Below, one piece after another: positions 14,107 through 25,496 of a stretch of DNA of 64,000 nucleotides; the first letter of the stretch is position 1; each line of letters begins with the position of its first letter. The translations under genes were made by a program, and so were the position numbers. The notes under the pieces are model-generated. The model did no database searches. It was not told the origin of the DNA and worked only from the letters and a program-made list of their open reading frames with translations. The stretch comes from Chlorokybus atmophyticus (Eukaryota > Plantae > Mesostigma and Chlorokybus algae), in the NCBI GenBank assembly GCA_009103225.1, contig RHPI01003389.1:1-64000 (forward strand), given 5' to 3'.

Positions 14107-17005
14107 TCAACTGTTCCGTCTGCGCAGGGCCTCTGCATCGTCGTGCTTGCCCAGCTCGCACAGGACATGTGCCAGGTTGTTGAGGGACTTCGCGGTGTTG
14201 GGGTGGTCCGATCCCAGCTGCGCTTCGCAAATCGCCAGTGCCCGTCTGTGCAGGGCCTCAGCGTCGTCGAGCTTGCCCAGCTCGTAGAGGACAAGTGCCA
14301 GGTTGTTGAGGGACTTCGCGGTGTCGGGGTGGTCCAATCCCAGCTGCGCTTCGCGAATCGCCAGTGCCCGTCTGTGCAGGGCCTCAGCGTCGTCATGCTT
14401 GCCCAGCTCGCACAGGACAGATGCCAGGTTGTTGAGGGACTTCGCGGTGTTGGGGTGGTCCGATCCCAGCTGCGCTTCGCGAATAGCCAGTGCCCGTCTG
14501 TGCAGGGCCTCAGCGTCGTCGAGCTTGCCCAGCTCGCACAGGACAGATGCCAGGTTGTTGAGGGACGTCGCGGTGTCGGGGTGGTCCGATCCCAGCTTCG
14601 CTTCCCAAATAGCCAGTGCCCGTCTGTGCAGGGCCTCAGCGTCGTCGAGCTTGCCCAGCTCGCACAGGACATGTGCCAGGTCGTTGAGGGACGTCGCGGT
14701 GTCGGGGTGGTCCGATCCCAGCTGCGCTTCACAAATAGCCAGTGCCCGTCTGTGCAGAGCCTCAGCATCGTCGTGCTTGCCCAGCTCGCACAGGACATCT
14801 GCCAGGTTGTTGAGGGACTTCCCGGTGTCGGGGTGGTCCGATCCCAGCTTCGCTTCCGAAATAGCCAGTGCCCGTCTTAGCAGGGCCTCAGCCTTGCCGT
14901 ACCTGCCCTCGCATGTCAAGCAAGCGCCTTGCAAAGTCCACAGATGTGGCAAAAGTGTCATGTCTTGACATTCAACTTGCTGCAAGATGCGTTCACATCT
15001 GTGCAAGATACTCCAAGCCTTTGTTGTCTCATAGAGGACAATATAAAACTCCGCTAATGCCAGTGCAACATCAATGACCCGCTGCAAATAGTCCGCATCT
15101 AGCGGAACCTTGATCCCGCTGGGGTCACCACCCTCTGGCAAAGCCATGGACACTGCATACGCAAAGTGTTCCGTGTCTTGTCCAACCTTGCCCACTTCAG
15201 CGATAGCCAGAACCGCAGCCTGGGCGATCTGGACTCCCTCTTTCTTGCCATCCCATCTGCCAAAACTCTGCACCAGCGGGTGGAAAGCTATCCCTGCATC
15301 GAGAGTCCGCTCCGCTAATGCATACTTGTTGAGCAGTCCAGCCGCAACGTGGATATTATCAATGCTAACATCCTTCGCCAGCAATGTACAGGCAGCCTGT
15401 TTCAATAGGTCCAACCGTATTGGAGCTGCAGCAAACCATCCACCCAATCTCAATACGATTCTGGCCAAAGCAACTGCCTGAGGTGGATGTCTGGCATCAC
15501 TCAACATCATCTCCATACTCGTAGCAAACAAAGTTGTTAGATGCGGGCTAGTTTGGAATTCGGGGTCATCCAGTTCCTGGTTGAAGATCTCAACACCTTC
15601 AGTGTCAAGCAGGTTCAAGACCCACTCCGGGCCGCTCCCATACTCATGCATCAGCTTAGCAGAAACTGATAGGGATAAAGCATGGCACCCTAGAGCCACA
15701 GCCAGCTCCTTGACCTTTGCATCGGGAGTCTCTGGCGGCAAACCCGATTTGAGCAATTGACACGCATACATCTCTTCAAGGTTCTTCAGCTCCAGGAGGC
15801 CTTGGCTGGTTGAATACATGCGCTGACGGGCAGTCAGTATGACATGGCAAGGGCCTTCCCGCGGCAGGTATCCCGGATACTGATGCTCGTCATCCACGTT
15901 GTCTAACACCAGGAGACAAGGGGTTTCAGACTGTTCAAGCGCTGTCCGGATCGTCAATACACCATCTCGGTTCGGGTCCCGCACACTCGAATGCATCGTC
16001 CCAGACCTGTCATGAAAGGGTCTTTACCAAGCGTACCACATTAACAGTTTACATAAGCATCATAATCTTGCTCAAAGCTAGCAAACGCTCTTACCCGGTG
16101 TCGACAGCGCCTAGGCTGATGCCCAGCGGAGCTGCCAACCCAAGGAAGTTAACCTGCAACAAGTCTTTGCTGGCGGCAATCCAGAGCAGTTTGTCGTATT
16201 GGTTTTTATGGCTATAAGCGTACTTCAACGCCAGGTGCGTCTTGCCGGAACCCCCCATGCCTTGGATGCAGACACAGCCACATTCATCTTTCAGCATGTT
16301 CTTCAGCTCTGTCATCTCTTGGCTCCTTCCAATGAAGAGCTTTTTGTCACGATATGGCACCGTGTTGACTCTCTTTCCTGTTGTGCAGACTCGTCTGAGC
16401 CTCTTGCAAACTTTTTGCACAATCGAATCCACATAGGTGTCCTCGTAATTGTCATGTTTTGACATAACGTCCATGCATACAACCGCGAGCTCACAAATCA
16501 CTTGCGTCCAGTCCGCTTCATTCATGCCGCATTTTGTCCACAGCTGCCCCCCGTGATGCTCCCAGGCTGTACCTACTGCAAGCATAGACACACATACGCA
16601 TGACAAACAGACTTGAGGACCGACTTGTTTATCCCCGTGAATAATCGGTATACCTTTCTTGTTCTTGATCGCCTCTGCATCTATGTCATCAGGAGTGATA
16701 TGGTAACAGGCTGGCATGCAGTTTCCTCGATCCAGAAACACTCGCAGCTCCTTCATGCACCAGTAGCTCTCAAAGAACTGCGGAGACAACACCACGATGC
16801 CGCATTTCGCCGTTCGCATGGCTGAGTCCATTTCCACAGAAGAAAGATCTCCCATACAGAGTATCCTGTCGTCGAAGAACACCCGCAGCTTCTGCTTCTT
16901 AAGCTCGCGGTTCAGCCATGCGCTGAATGTCCTCTTTGTGTCCGGACCCCGATGACAGAGAAACACGTCGTAACCTTCTTCCCGAGTTGCTTGCTGTGCA
17001 GCCAT
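14107..17005 (-). CDS. TIR-NB-ARC-TPR (TNP-type NLR) protein
   Basis: Exons 17005-16654, 16572-16095 and 16006-14107, all GT-AG and in frame. TIR: YDVFLCHRGPDTKRTF...SYWCMKEL. Walker A GMGGSGKT, Walker B CLLVLDNVDD, GGWFAAAPI and FHPLVQ. These are followed by five full 42-aa TPR repeats and one truncated repeat. Confidence 0.93.
14117..14880 (-). repeat. Coding tandem repeat, 126-bp unit (42-aa TPR, LGSDHPDTA.SLNNLA.VLCELGK.DDAEALHRRALAI.EAQ)
   Basis: About six near-identical 126-bp units are visible directly in the DNA. Confidence 0.97.
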
Positions 17006-17099
17006 GAATCCACGGCAAGCCTCGAGTCACCACCACCACCAGCGGTGCTGCAGCAGCACCAAGTCGAAGTGATACTAGTGAGGGTATCCAACTACAAGC

Positions 17100-17171
17100 C
17101 TGCAGTCAGTGGTTTGAAGCAGAGCAGCCGAGCACAACGCAGCGCAGTGGATTGTGAAAACAGAAGCATAC
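17100..17171 (-). promoter_or_regulatory. Predicted 72-bp 5'-UTR intron of the TNP gene
   Basis: Donor AG|gtatgc and branch-like ctgac immediately before cag|. The spliced upstream frame stops before ATG17005. Confidence 0.55.
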
Positions 17172-17274
17172 CTCTTTCCGGAAGACCAGCTCGACCGCCG
17201 AGCTGTCCTTCCCAAACTTCGCCCGCCGCCCCCGCCGCCGCCGCCGCCGCAAACCATCAATCCATGGCGTGGAG

Positions 17275-17375
17275 ATTGCAAAGGTTGTTCATCGAGGCGG
17301 TGAGGAGCATTGTGGAGGAGGGGAGAGTGAGGGCGGCGGTGACGAAAGTCATGGACTTTTGGAGGGAGGTGAGAG
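17275..17375 (+). pseudogene. Remnant of a paralogous MDR/ADH penultimate exon
   Basis: EAVRSIVEEGRVRAAVTKVMDFWRE|gtgag matches LRRLVEEGRIKPAVTRVMDFWRG|gtgag at ~10265-10340. Confidence 0.8.
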
Positions 17376-17469
17376 ATGTGCGTGCGTGCGTGTGTGTACG
17401 CAGAGTAGTTGAGATTGCTTGCGCTTGGCATAGAGTGTTTCGTTATGGTTAACTATACCATATAGTCAA

Positions 17470-18600
17470 AAACAGCCCCAGCACAGCCTCCTCAAACTCA
17501 TGCTCAACGACTGACTGCATGGATACAAAATAGTGTGGTGTACCCGCCCCCGCGCGCAGTAGTAGTTGCACATTGCACTGTATGTGCGCGCAGACGTACG
17601 CAGTGCCATGCACCACTCGATGTCCTCCCAGCACGCCCTCTCGGTAACAATCGGCGAAGAGGGGGAGAGAGGGGATGTGTGTGTGTGAGGAGGGAGGGAG
17701 AGACAGAGAGAGGGTGCAGATGGGGCCGTAGAGGATGTGGGCGTTGGCGAACGGGTCCGACCTGCATACAAGTTGGGGATGTGTTGGGTATGATCGGGGT
17801 GCATACCGCATAACGCATGAGCGACGACGCACCTCGCGTTGAGTGTCCGTAGAAGTCGTGGTAACCGCTGATGATCGAGTCTCCAGCTGAGATGGTCATG
17901 CCAGCAATGACCACTTCGAAGAATGTTGTGTTTGTTTTGCTGTTTAAGTGCGCAGCCACCATGGCCTTCACTCAGCCGCTATTGAGTTGTATGTTCACAC
18001 TTGTTGCTGTTGTTGTCACCTTCCCCCCCCACGACTAACAACAAGAATAAGAAGAGCAGCACGTGTCTCGCATATCAACACACACACCACTGCACGTCCG
18101 TGAAGCACACGATGGATGACCACGTCCTTGTTGTTGGGATTGAGAAGGGATTCGCATCGTTGACGCGCTCCTCCCCACCAACGAAGCGGAGAGGTGTCTT
18201 CGATGAAGGATTGGATGGACGGCTGGCAGAGCCTGTGTGAGGAGTTTGGTGTGGAGAAATGAGTTACTAGCCTCCTGCTGTGTGCAGGAGAGTGTGTGTA
18301 TGAGCGTGCGCGTGCGCGTGCATGTGCGCGCGCGTGTGTGCGCATGTGTGGGTCTGTCTGCGCGTGCGTCAATGTGTGTGCGCGTGTGTGTCTGTTCACG
18401 TGCGTGCTAGTGCGTGCAGGCCGTATCTCGCATGACACACACCTGTCAACAACCTCCACCCCTCTGACTTGCTGTCCCACGACGACAACCACCACAGCAA
18501 CAACTTCATGCGCGTCTGCATTTGACATCGCACTCTGGCGCAGCTGGAGTAAACGCCACCACGACCCGTTACCTGTGCCTGGGGATAGGGGAGTTGGTTT
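17470..18600 (-). pseudogene. Decayed unknown gene, copy 2
   Basis: Contains GYHDFYG, DPFANAHILYGP, WEDIEWCMALRTSAR and SVVEHEFEEAV; colinear with 11470-12800. Confidence 0.45.
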
Positions 18601-19241
18601 TGCTGACATGCAACAACAACAGAGTGGTGCTTGTTGGTTGATACTCACTCACATGCACTCACACGCGCACACACATGTACTCATCGTCTCACTATGCAAC
18701 CTAATTGTGTCGCGCGTCTCTGGGAAGGGGGTGGGAGCAGCAGCGGTAGCAAGCAGCAGGCACCTGAATCTGCTGTCGTTGTGTTGCATGCGGAAACACG
18801 TGCAACAACGACGACCACAAAACCACCACCAAAACAAACAAGCTCCTTTGCTTCCGCTGCTCATTGTCCTTCAATCCCAGGCATATGGAACAGTATGCCG
18901 ATCGGCTTCGTTCGTGTTCGTGCATGTACTGTACTCTGTAGAGCGTACACAATACGCTAGCTGACACAACATGCAGTGTGTATACAGCGGTTTATATATG
19001 TAAGCGAGCGCGTAATGTACGCTCTCGTACCTCCAACGCACGCATCCCCGCCTTTCTCACACACACACGTGTCCACCGCACAGCGTTTGTGCCAGTGACT
19101 CCGCAAGCCAAGCCTAGGCCCAGGCCTAGGCCTAGGCCTGGGTTTTGGCTTGGCTTGGCCCAGTGTCCTCGCCAGTCTCAGCGACATGCATGCTATCGCT
19201 TTGCATGTGTTGCACCGCTTCATTCGTGCCTGGCAGCGGCC

Positions 19242-22200
19242 ATGCTCGCGTGGCCGGCGGCGTCGGTGGCGTCGGCGGCGGTCGGGGGGGCGCTGTCGCC
19301 GTGCTGCTCGCTGCTGCCACGCCTGCCTGACGGCAGCGCTCCACAAGCCGTAGTCGGCCGATCTTGCCGTCGTCATACTCCTCCTCAACGACACCGCCGC
19401 CGCAGCCAGCATACCACCGCAGCTCAGCCTCCCCGCGCATGCAGCAGCGACGCCAACACCGACGACGACGCTCACAACAGCCGCAACCACAGCCACAACC
19501 TCACCAGCGTCACCCGCAGAGAGGCGTTGGTGGTAGGGCCCGCCGCGATAATGGCCGCCGCGATAATGGCCGCCGCGGCCGCTGGTTCTGAGGAGGAGGC
19601 GAAGGCGGCGGCGGCGGCGGCTTCGCCCACGTCGTCGTCCGCAGCCGTCACCACCACCACCAACTTGCCGTTGGTAGGATTCCTGCGAGTGGAGCAGTTG
19701 ACATGGCCCAATCCGCACAGTCATGTTGTGTCTGAGCCATTGACTATCATCATCATCATCTCTGCCTTGTCTGTCTGACTGCCTCCTGCTTTGCTGCCGT
19801 GTGAGACGTTCGTACGCTATTCGCTATCCGGTGCATTCATTTCATTGCTGGACTCTCAAGCATTTCAGCATTCGCTGTGCCACTTACAGGCACATGCACG
19901 CTCATGGCTGCCTTCTGCAACCATCAATCAGAACCCAATCACCATTACATTGGCTCAGGCAACAGCACAATCAGTAGCACGCACGCACGCATGGCAGCAA
20001 GGCACCGAAGGCAATGGGCTAACATACAGATCGCGATGGCAAGCACACGCACACGCACGAGCTGGTGCACACCCCCTCCCCCTCCCTCCCCACCCACCCA
20101 CCCACCCACCCACACACGCAGGTCCCCCCCGGCCTCCCCCTCTCCCCCTCGGGTCTCCTCCCCTCCGCGATCGTCAAGGGCTGCTGGCAGCTGTCGGGCG
20201 GGCACAGGGGGGAGCGCGACACGGACAGGACCGCGGGGAGGGAGGCGGTCCAGGACTTTGAGAAGTTCGTGGAGGCTGGTGAGGGAGAGATGAGAGAGAG
20301 AGTTGTTGGAGTGTGTGTGAGAGTGAGAGAGAAGAGGGGTTGATCGTGTGAGTGAGGACTTGCGTGTGTGGGTGCGTGCGTGTACATGTATGGTGTATAC
20401 ATGTGTGGGGCACCAGTAGTAGTCCTTGCTGCTGAGTGCATGTGTTATGTAGACAGACTTGCAGTCCAAACAACGTCACTGTTGAGCAGAGCAGCACATA
20501 CATGCACGCACGATCTCACACACCTCCCTCCCTCCCTGCCTGCCTGCCTGCACGCACGCACGCACGCATCTTCACACACACACACCCCGCCCCTTCTTCC
20601 CAGGCATCACCACCTTCGACACCGCGGACATCTACGGCCCCTCCGAGTCCCTCATCGGCCGCTACCTATCCACTCTGAGAAAGAAGAGCGGCGTCGCGGT
20701 GTTCACCAAGATGTGTCTGTTCGGCCAGGACCAGGCGGACCCCACGTTCGAGTTCGTCAGGAGGAAGGTCGAGGGGAGCAGGGAGAGGATGGGGATGGAG
20801 AGGATCGACATGGTGCAGTTTTATTGGCAGGTGAGAGGAAAGGAGTGTGTGTGTGTGTGTGTGTGTCATGATGTGTGTGTCCCATCGCAGCATAGTTTCT
20901 GTCTGTTACTTGTATTGCAGTTTGTGACAGGCTTTGGTTGGTTGTTGTCGTGTTTGGATAAGTCGTTTGTGTTGTTTGACTTGCTTGGCGTGCAGGGTAC
21001 TGCGCACTGCGCTGTGTGTATGTGCCGTGCTTGTTGACCGCATGTTGTGAGTGCAGCATACAAGCAACTGTGTATCAAGAACTGCAACTATGCATTCACA
21101 TTCACAGTTGCATATGCAGACACGAGTCCGCTTGTCGAGGCAAGTGCAGTGCACTGTCGGAACAGAACCTTGTGGTTGTGTCGTACTTTCACGTCACTGT
21201 CGGTTCTCCCTCACTCTCTTTGTGCGTCTCAGGACTACTCCATCCCCAACTACGTGACGGCCGCCAAGCACCTGTCCACGCTGCAGGCGCAGGGCCGCAT
21301 CCGCGCCATCGGCGTCACCAACTTCGACGTGCCGCGAATGCGGGAGATGATGGATGCAGGGGTGAAGATTGAAGCCGCGCAAGTAGGCATGCATGCGCGT
21401 GCGCGTGCATATGTGCGAGTGTGTGTGTGCGTGTGTGTGCATGTATACATGTGCTCATCAATTGTGCGCGTGCATGTACACATGCGCGTGCGCGTGCGCG
21501 TGCGCGTGCGCGTGCGCGTGCGCGTGCGCGTGCGCGTGCGCGTGTGTGTGTGTGTGTGTGTGTGTGTGTAGCTTATGTACAAAGGGTGTCCGTGCGTGCG
21601 TGTGCATGTGTGAGCACCTGCACGTATGTGTCATTGTTGTGTCACCAACAACCTACCCACGTTCCCACCTGACATCCTTCGCTTGAAATCCAGGTTCAGT
21701 ACTCCCTGTTGGACCGGCGTCCCGAGAACGGCATGGTGGACTTTTGCCGTGAGAACAACGTCAAGATGCTGCCGTATGGTGTTGTGGCCGGTGGCTTCCT
21801 CAGCGACAAGTACCTCGGCAAGACCTTCGCCGAGGCGCGCAAGGACATCAACACGTACAGCAAGCAGAAGTACGCGTCCGTCATAAACCAGGTGCGTGTG
21901 GTGGGTTTAAGTCCGTTGGTATGGCAGGTGTGCGCATAGTTTACTCATGGCGGCAATGGTTGGTGCATGTGCCATGCCTGACTTCATTCGATGTACTATG
22001 TACTATGTACTACTAGCATCAGCAAGCAGCAGATCTAGTGTGCACGCAGGCTTATATACGCACACGCCAGTGTATGCAGCGTGCTTTCATTCATGTAGAA
22101 AGAGCTGTATATGTGCGTGTGTGCACGCACGCATACAGCTCTTTCTACAGCGTGTATATGTACATAATTCTACTGGGTATGCTCAGTTGCAACCCGCCAC

Positions 22201-22525
22201 AATGTCTCGCCTCACGAATGTCAACCTTACTCAGGTCGGCGGCTGGGACTGGTTCCAGGATCTCCTTGGTGTCCTGAGAAGTGTGGCCGACCGTCACAAC
22301 GCGAGCGTGTCGAACGTTGCAACGCGTTGGGTCCTGCAGCGTCCCTCTGGCGTCGTGGCCGCCGCGATCGTCGGGGCACGCAACGCCGCGCACGTCGACG
22401 ACCACCGACGCGCGTTCGCGTTCGAGTTGAGCAAAGAGGATCTTGCGCGGATTGATGAGGTGTTGGAGAAGGGGAAGAGGCCGAGAGGGGATTGCTACAC
22501 ATGGGAAAGGGGGGGAGTGTTCTGA
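19242..22525 (+). CDS. Aldo-keto reductase copy B, intact, with plastid transit-peptide-like N-terminus
   Basis: Exons 19242-19673, 20122-20278, 20604-20830, 21233-21382, 21694-21891 and 22235-22525 splice in frame with GT-AG sites. The AKR motifs are the same as in copy A. Confidence 0.92.
21484..21569. repeat. (GCGCGT)10 + (GT)n alternating purine-pyrimidine microsatellite in AKR-B intron 4
   Basis: Seen directly; the paralogous site in copy A (~4186-4228) has only about 2 units. Confidence 0.95.
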
Positions 22526-23842
22526 GCGGGGGGCGAGTGTGTTTGATGTTGTTGTTCGTGTTGGGTTTGGCACATTGCCTCGCCTTGATGTGATGTTGGG
22601 CCAGGTTGAGGCCTACATTTGTAGTTAACTACTATGTTTCTTTGAGCAGAGAGTTGTTTTGGCACGTTGGCTCGGGATGTTGTGGGGTTGGGTTGAGGGG
22701 TGTTGTGCAAACAAGGTGTTTTTATGTGGTGAGAGGCAGGAGGGGTGTTGCATGATCAGGGGGACGATTCGCGGATAAAACAATTGTTGTAAAATGCGTG
22801 ATATTTTCTATTCTAAGAACAACAGGCCATACAGTGTTGCTACGCGGTTTTGGTTTTTGCGTGTTTTAAGTGACTGTATGTTTGAAGGCAGTCGTGATTG
22901 CGCGCAGTTTTGGTGAAGATGGGATGATTTCATGTACTTGCGTGCGTTAGAGCGCGGAGTTGGCCAACACGTTGCCCCAACAAATTGTGTCACCGAGGGA
23001 CCGTTTGCATTGAGGGTGTACTTGCACACTGATTGCAATTGTTGAAGTTCTTGTTTGATTTGATACAAGTCTGCAATGGTGGGTGATGTTAGCCAAAGCA
23101 ATCCCTCCGGAATACAACGATAACAAAAGCACACCAATGCGATCCCTTTAGAATACAACAATGACAAAAGCACACCAAGAATTCCAATTCTTAAGTTTGT
23201 GCAATTCATGAAAAAACGACTTGCCAGTAAAAGGAAGGTAGGTCTACGAAATAGGCATGCAGAAGCATACTATCTATGTCGTCGAATGCATGCCTTGTGG
23301 TCGAATCTTCGCAATCACAGCATACGGTATGTACACGTGTGCAGGCTCAGGCCGACCTGTCGACAACCAATACCTGCACCGCGAGAAAGTTTGCTGGCCA
23401 CAACCGCAACTTAGTAAAGCATGCAAAGGAATTTGAAGTTAAACTCCTTTTCGTCGACAATGTATAAAAGGAGATGAAAGCGCCTGTGGAGAAAACGCGT
23501 TCGAAGACGGCCACCGTGCGAGGAGAGATCTCCAGAGCAACAATACTCGCAACCGAATTCATAAGCATCTCTAGCACATTAATGTTCCCGCAATTGCTTT
23601 CCGTATTGCCGAACGACCTCCACAAGTGCAACAAGTGGACTCCGGCCACTAGCTATGGTCGCAAAAGACGCTACCGTGAGTGAGGTCTGTTACAATTTAT
23701 CCAAAATCGTGACAACAAGTGAAAGATAAATTATCATATTATTCATCTCATGTGCATATGTGTGTGCTTTTGTGCTAAGATGCCCAACCAACTCTACCTC
23801 AGCGTTGTTGTTTTTGTCTTTGAAAGCGGGGGGGGGGGGGGG

Positions 23843-24016
23843 NNNNNNNNNNNNNNNNNNNNNNNNNNNNNNNNNNNNNNNNNNNNNNNNNNNNNNNNNN
23901 NNNNNNNNNNNNNNNNNNNNNNNNNNNNNNNNNNNNNNNNNNNNNNNNNNNNNNNNNNNNNNNNNNNNNNNNNNNNNNNNNNNNNNNNNNNNNNNNNNNN
24001 NNNNNNNNNNNNNNNN
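23843..24016. other. Assembly gap flanked by poly-G
   Basis: N run with G15 on the left and G12 on the right. Confidence 0.99.
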
Positions 24017-25496
24017 GGGGGGGGGGGGCTTGGACTTGTACCCATTAGATAATCAAGTAATGACCATATAAAGGGGGCGGTATCGGCTAATACATTACTG
24101 TCTCAACGTTGTGGGCAGTGCAGGCGGCGTGAGATGGTCGTTGTGGCCGACATCTACCAAGTCAGTCATAACAAAGACGACGGTGCTTGATAGGACGGCG
24201 ATACAGTCGTTGGGCTGGCTTAAAGCATAGCAGGTATGCAACTATCAAAAGCCGTGATTGAAAGTGTTGTGTGTGTTAGTAGTTTTGTGTGGAGAACATG
24301 GGTTTTTGCTTGATGTACGCAACGTAAGAGAAGAGCGTTCCGTTCTCTGCGTGCATGTTGTAAGACCAAAGCAACGACCAATACACGTCTGGCGAGTTGT
24401 TCAGTGCGAGTGATACCATTAACAGATTTCATTCACCACATGATCGCATGTCTTTAGGTAATTGGTCATGAGCTTTTTGCCAATGTTGGTGTTGCATAGA
24501 TTTGCACCTTGTTGTGATTTGGAGTATCGATGTGATTGCGCATACAAAATTGACTTACAAGCAAAATACTTATTGAAATGCTGCAGCAAGACGCGCTTGC
24601 CATAAGTAGCACACACATGCACTAGCTTGGTCCCAACCTAGCCAGTCATCACCATGATAAACCTCCCAAGATGATCAACAAGGATCTCAAGCATCTACTT
24701 AGCAAAACCAACACAGACTTGATGATGAGGATCTGACATGTACATGTGATGCCATCCTCTTCATTAACATGTGAACTTGACACATCGTACACTTGACATA
24801 GCGTTCAAGGGTTGTAACGAGCATTTACACTGTCATACTGGCAGCAGACTCAGGCGCATTGCTCCGAGACCATCAAGCGCAACAAGACCATGCCATCATG
24901 GAGCTGCGCAAAACATTGAGGACATGATGACAACGCTTATGTATAGATTGCAGCACCACTCATTGATGACTTGCACCACGGATGATCCGTGCAATGGCAC
25001 ATCGGCAGATGACGTCACTGCTGCAGATCTAGCGCGGCACAACCAATTTGGGCAAGAACAATGTAATATGTATGTGAAGGTTGTTCACTCCAAACTAAAA
25101 AGAGCTCACTGCGTGAAGAGTGGCACAGACGTTGCTTTGAGGTTGATGGCACGCACAGCCACAGCCACGTCTCGGACAATGAGCCTCAACGCGGATAGGG
25201 ATCAGAGAAAGCAGATCAGCAAGTTGTGCATTAGCATCAGATGCATGCCGGTTGTGCATCCATGTTACAAGCACCGGTATAGCTTCATCCTTGGCATGCG
25301 TGGCACGCCCACATGTCAAGTGCCCCACACGTTCTTGCACGTGACTAATACTGTGCAAACATGCAGAGTGCAATATGTTCTCCCTCCCCCCTCTCAACAA
25401 CAACTCCTGTACAACTATTGTTGCCACCACTAGCATGTCGTACCCACTAAGCTTATATGTACAAAGGATCGTCAGCTGGATTGCACACATGCAAAG

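Larger units (their letters stand above)
18493..23675. repeat. Segmental duplication, copy B (partner 1119-6278)
   Basis: Colinear high-identity match; the differences are mostly SNPs and microsatellite lengths. Confidence 0.95.

Noticed and set aside
14117-14880. CRISPR-like array
   Set aside because: The units are contiguous 126-bp coding repeats with no unique spacers, in a eukaryotic locus without cas genes.
14086-14968. Long repetitive ORFs on the plus strand and in alternative minus frames (264, 221 and 238 aa)
   Set aside because: They are shadows of the 126-bp TPR coding repeat; only the minus-strand TPR frame has recognisable motifs.
24640-24990. Clustered TGATGA/CTGA motifs suggesting C/D snoRNAs
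   Set aside because: No box C and box D pair with suitable spacing, terminal stem or recognisable rRNA guide on either strand.
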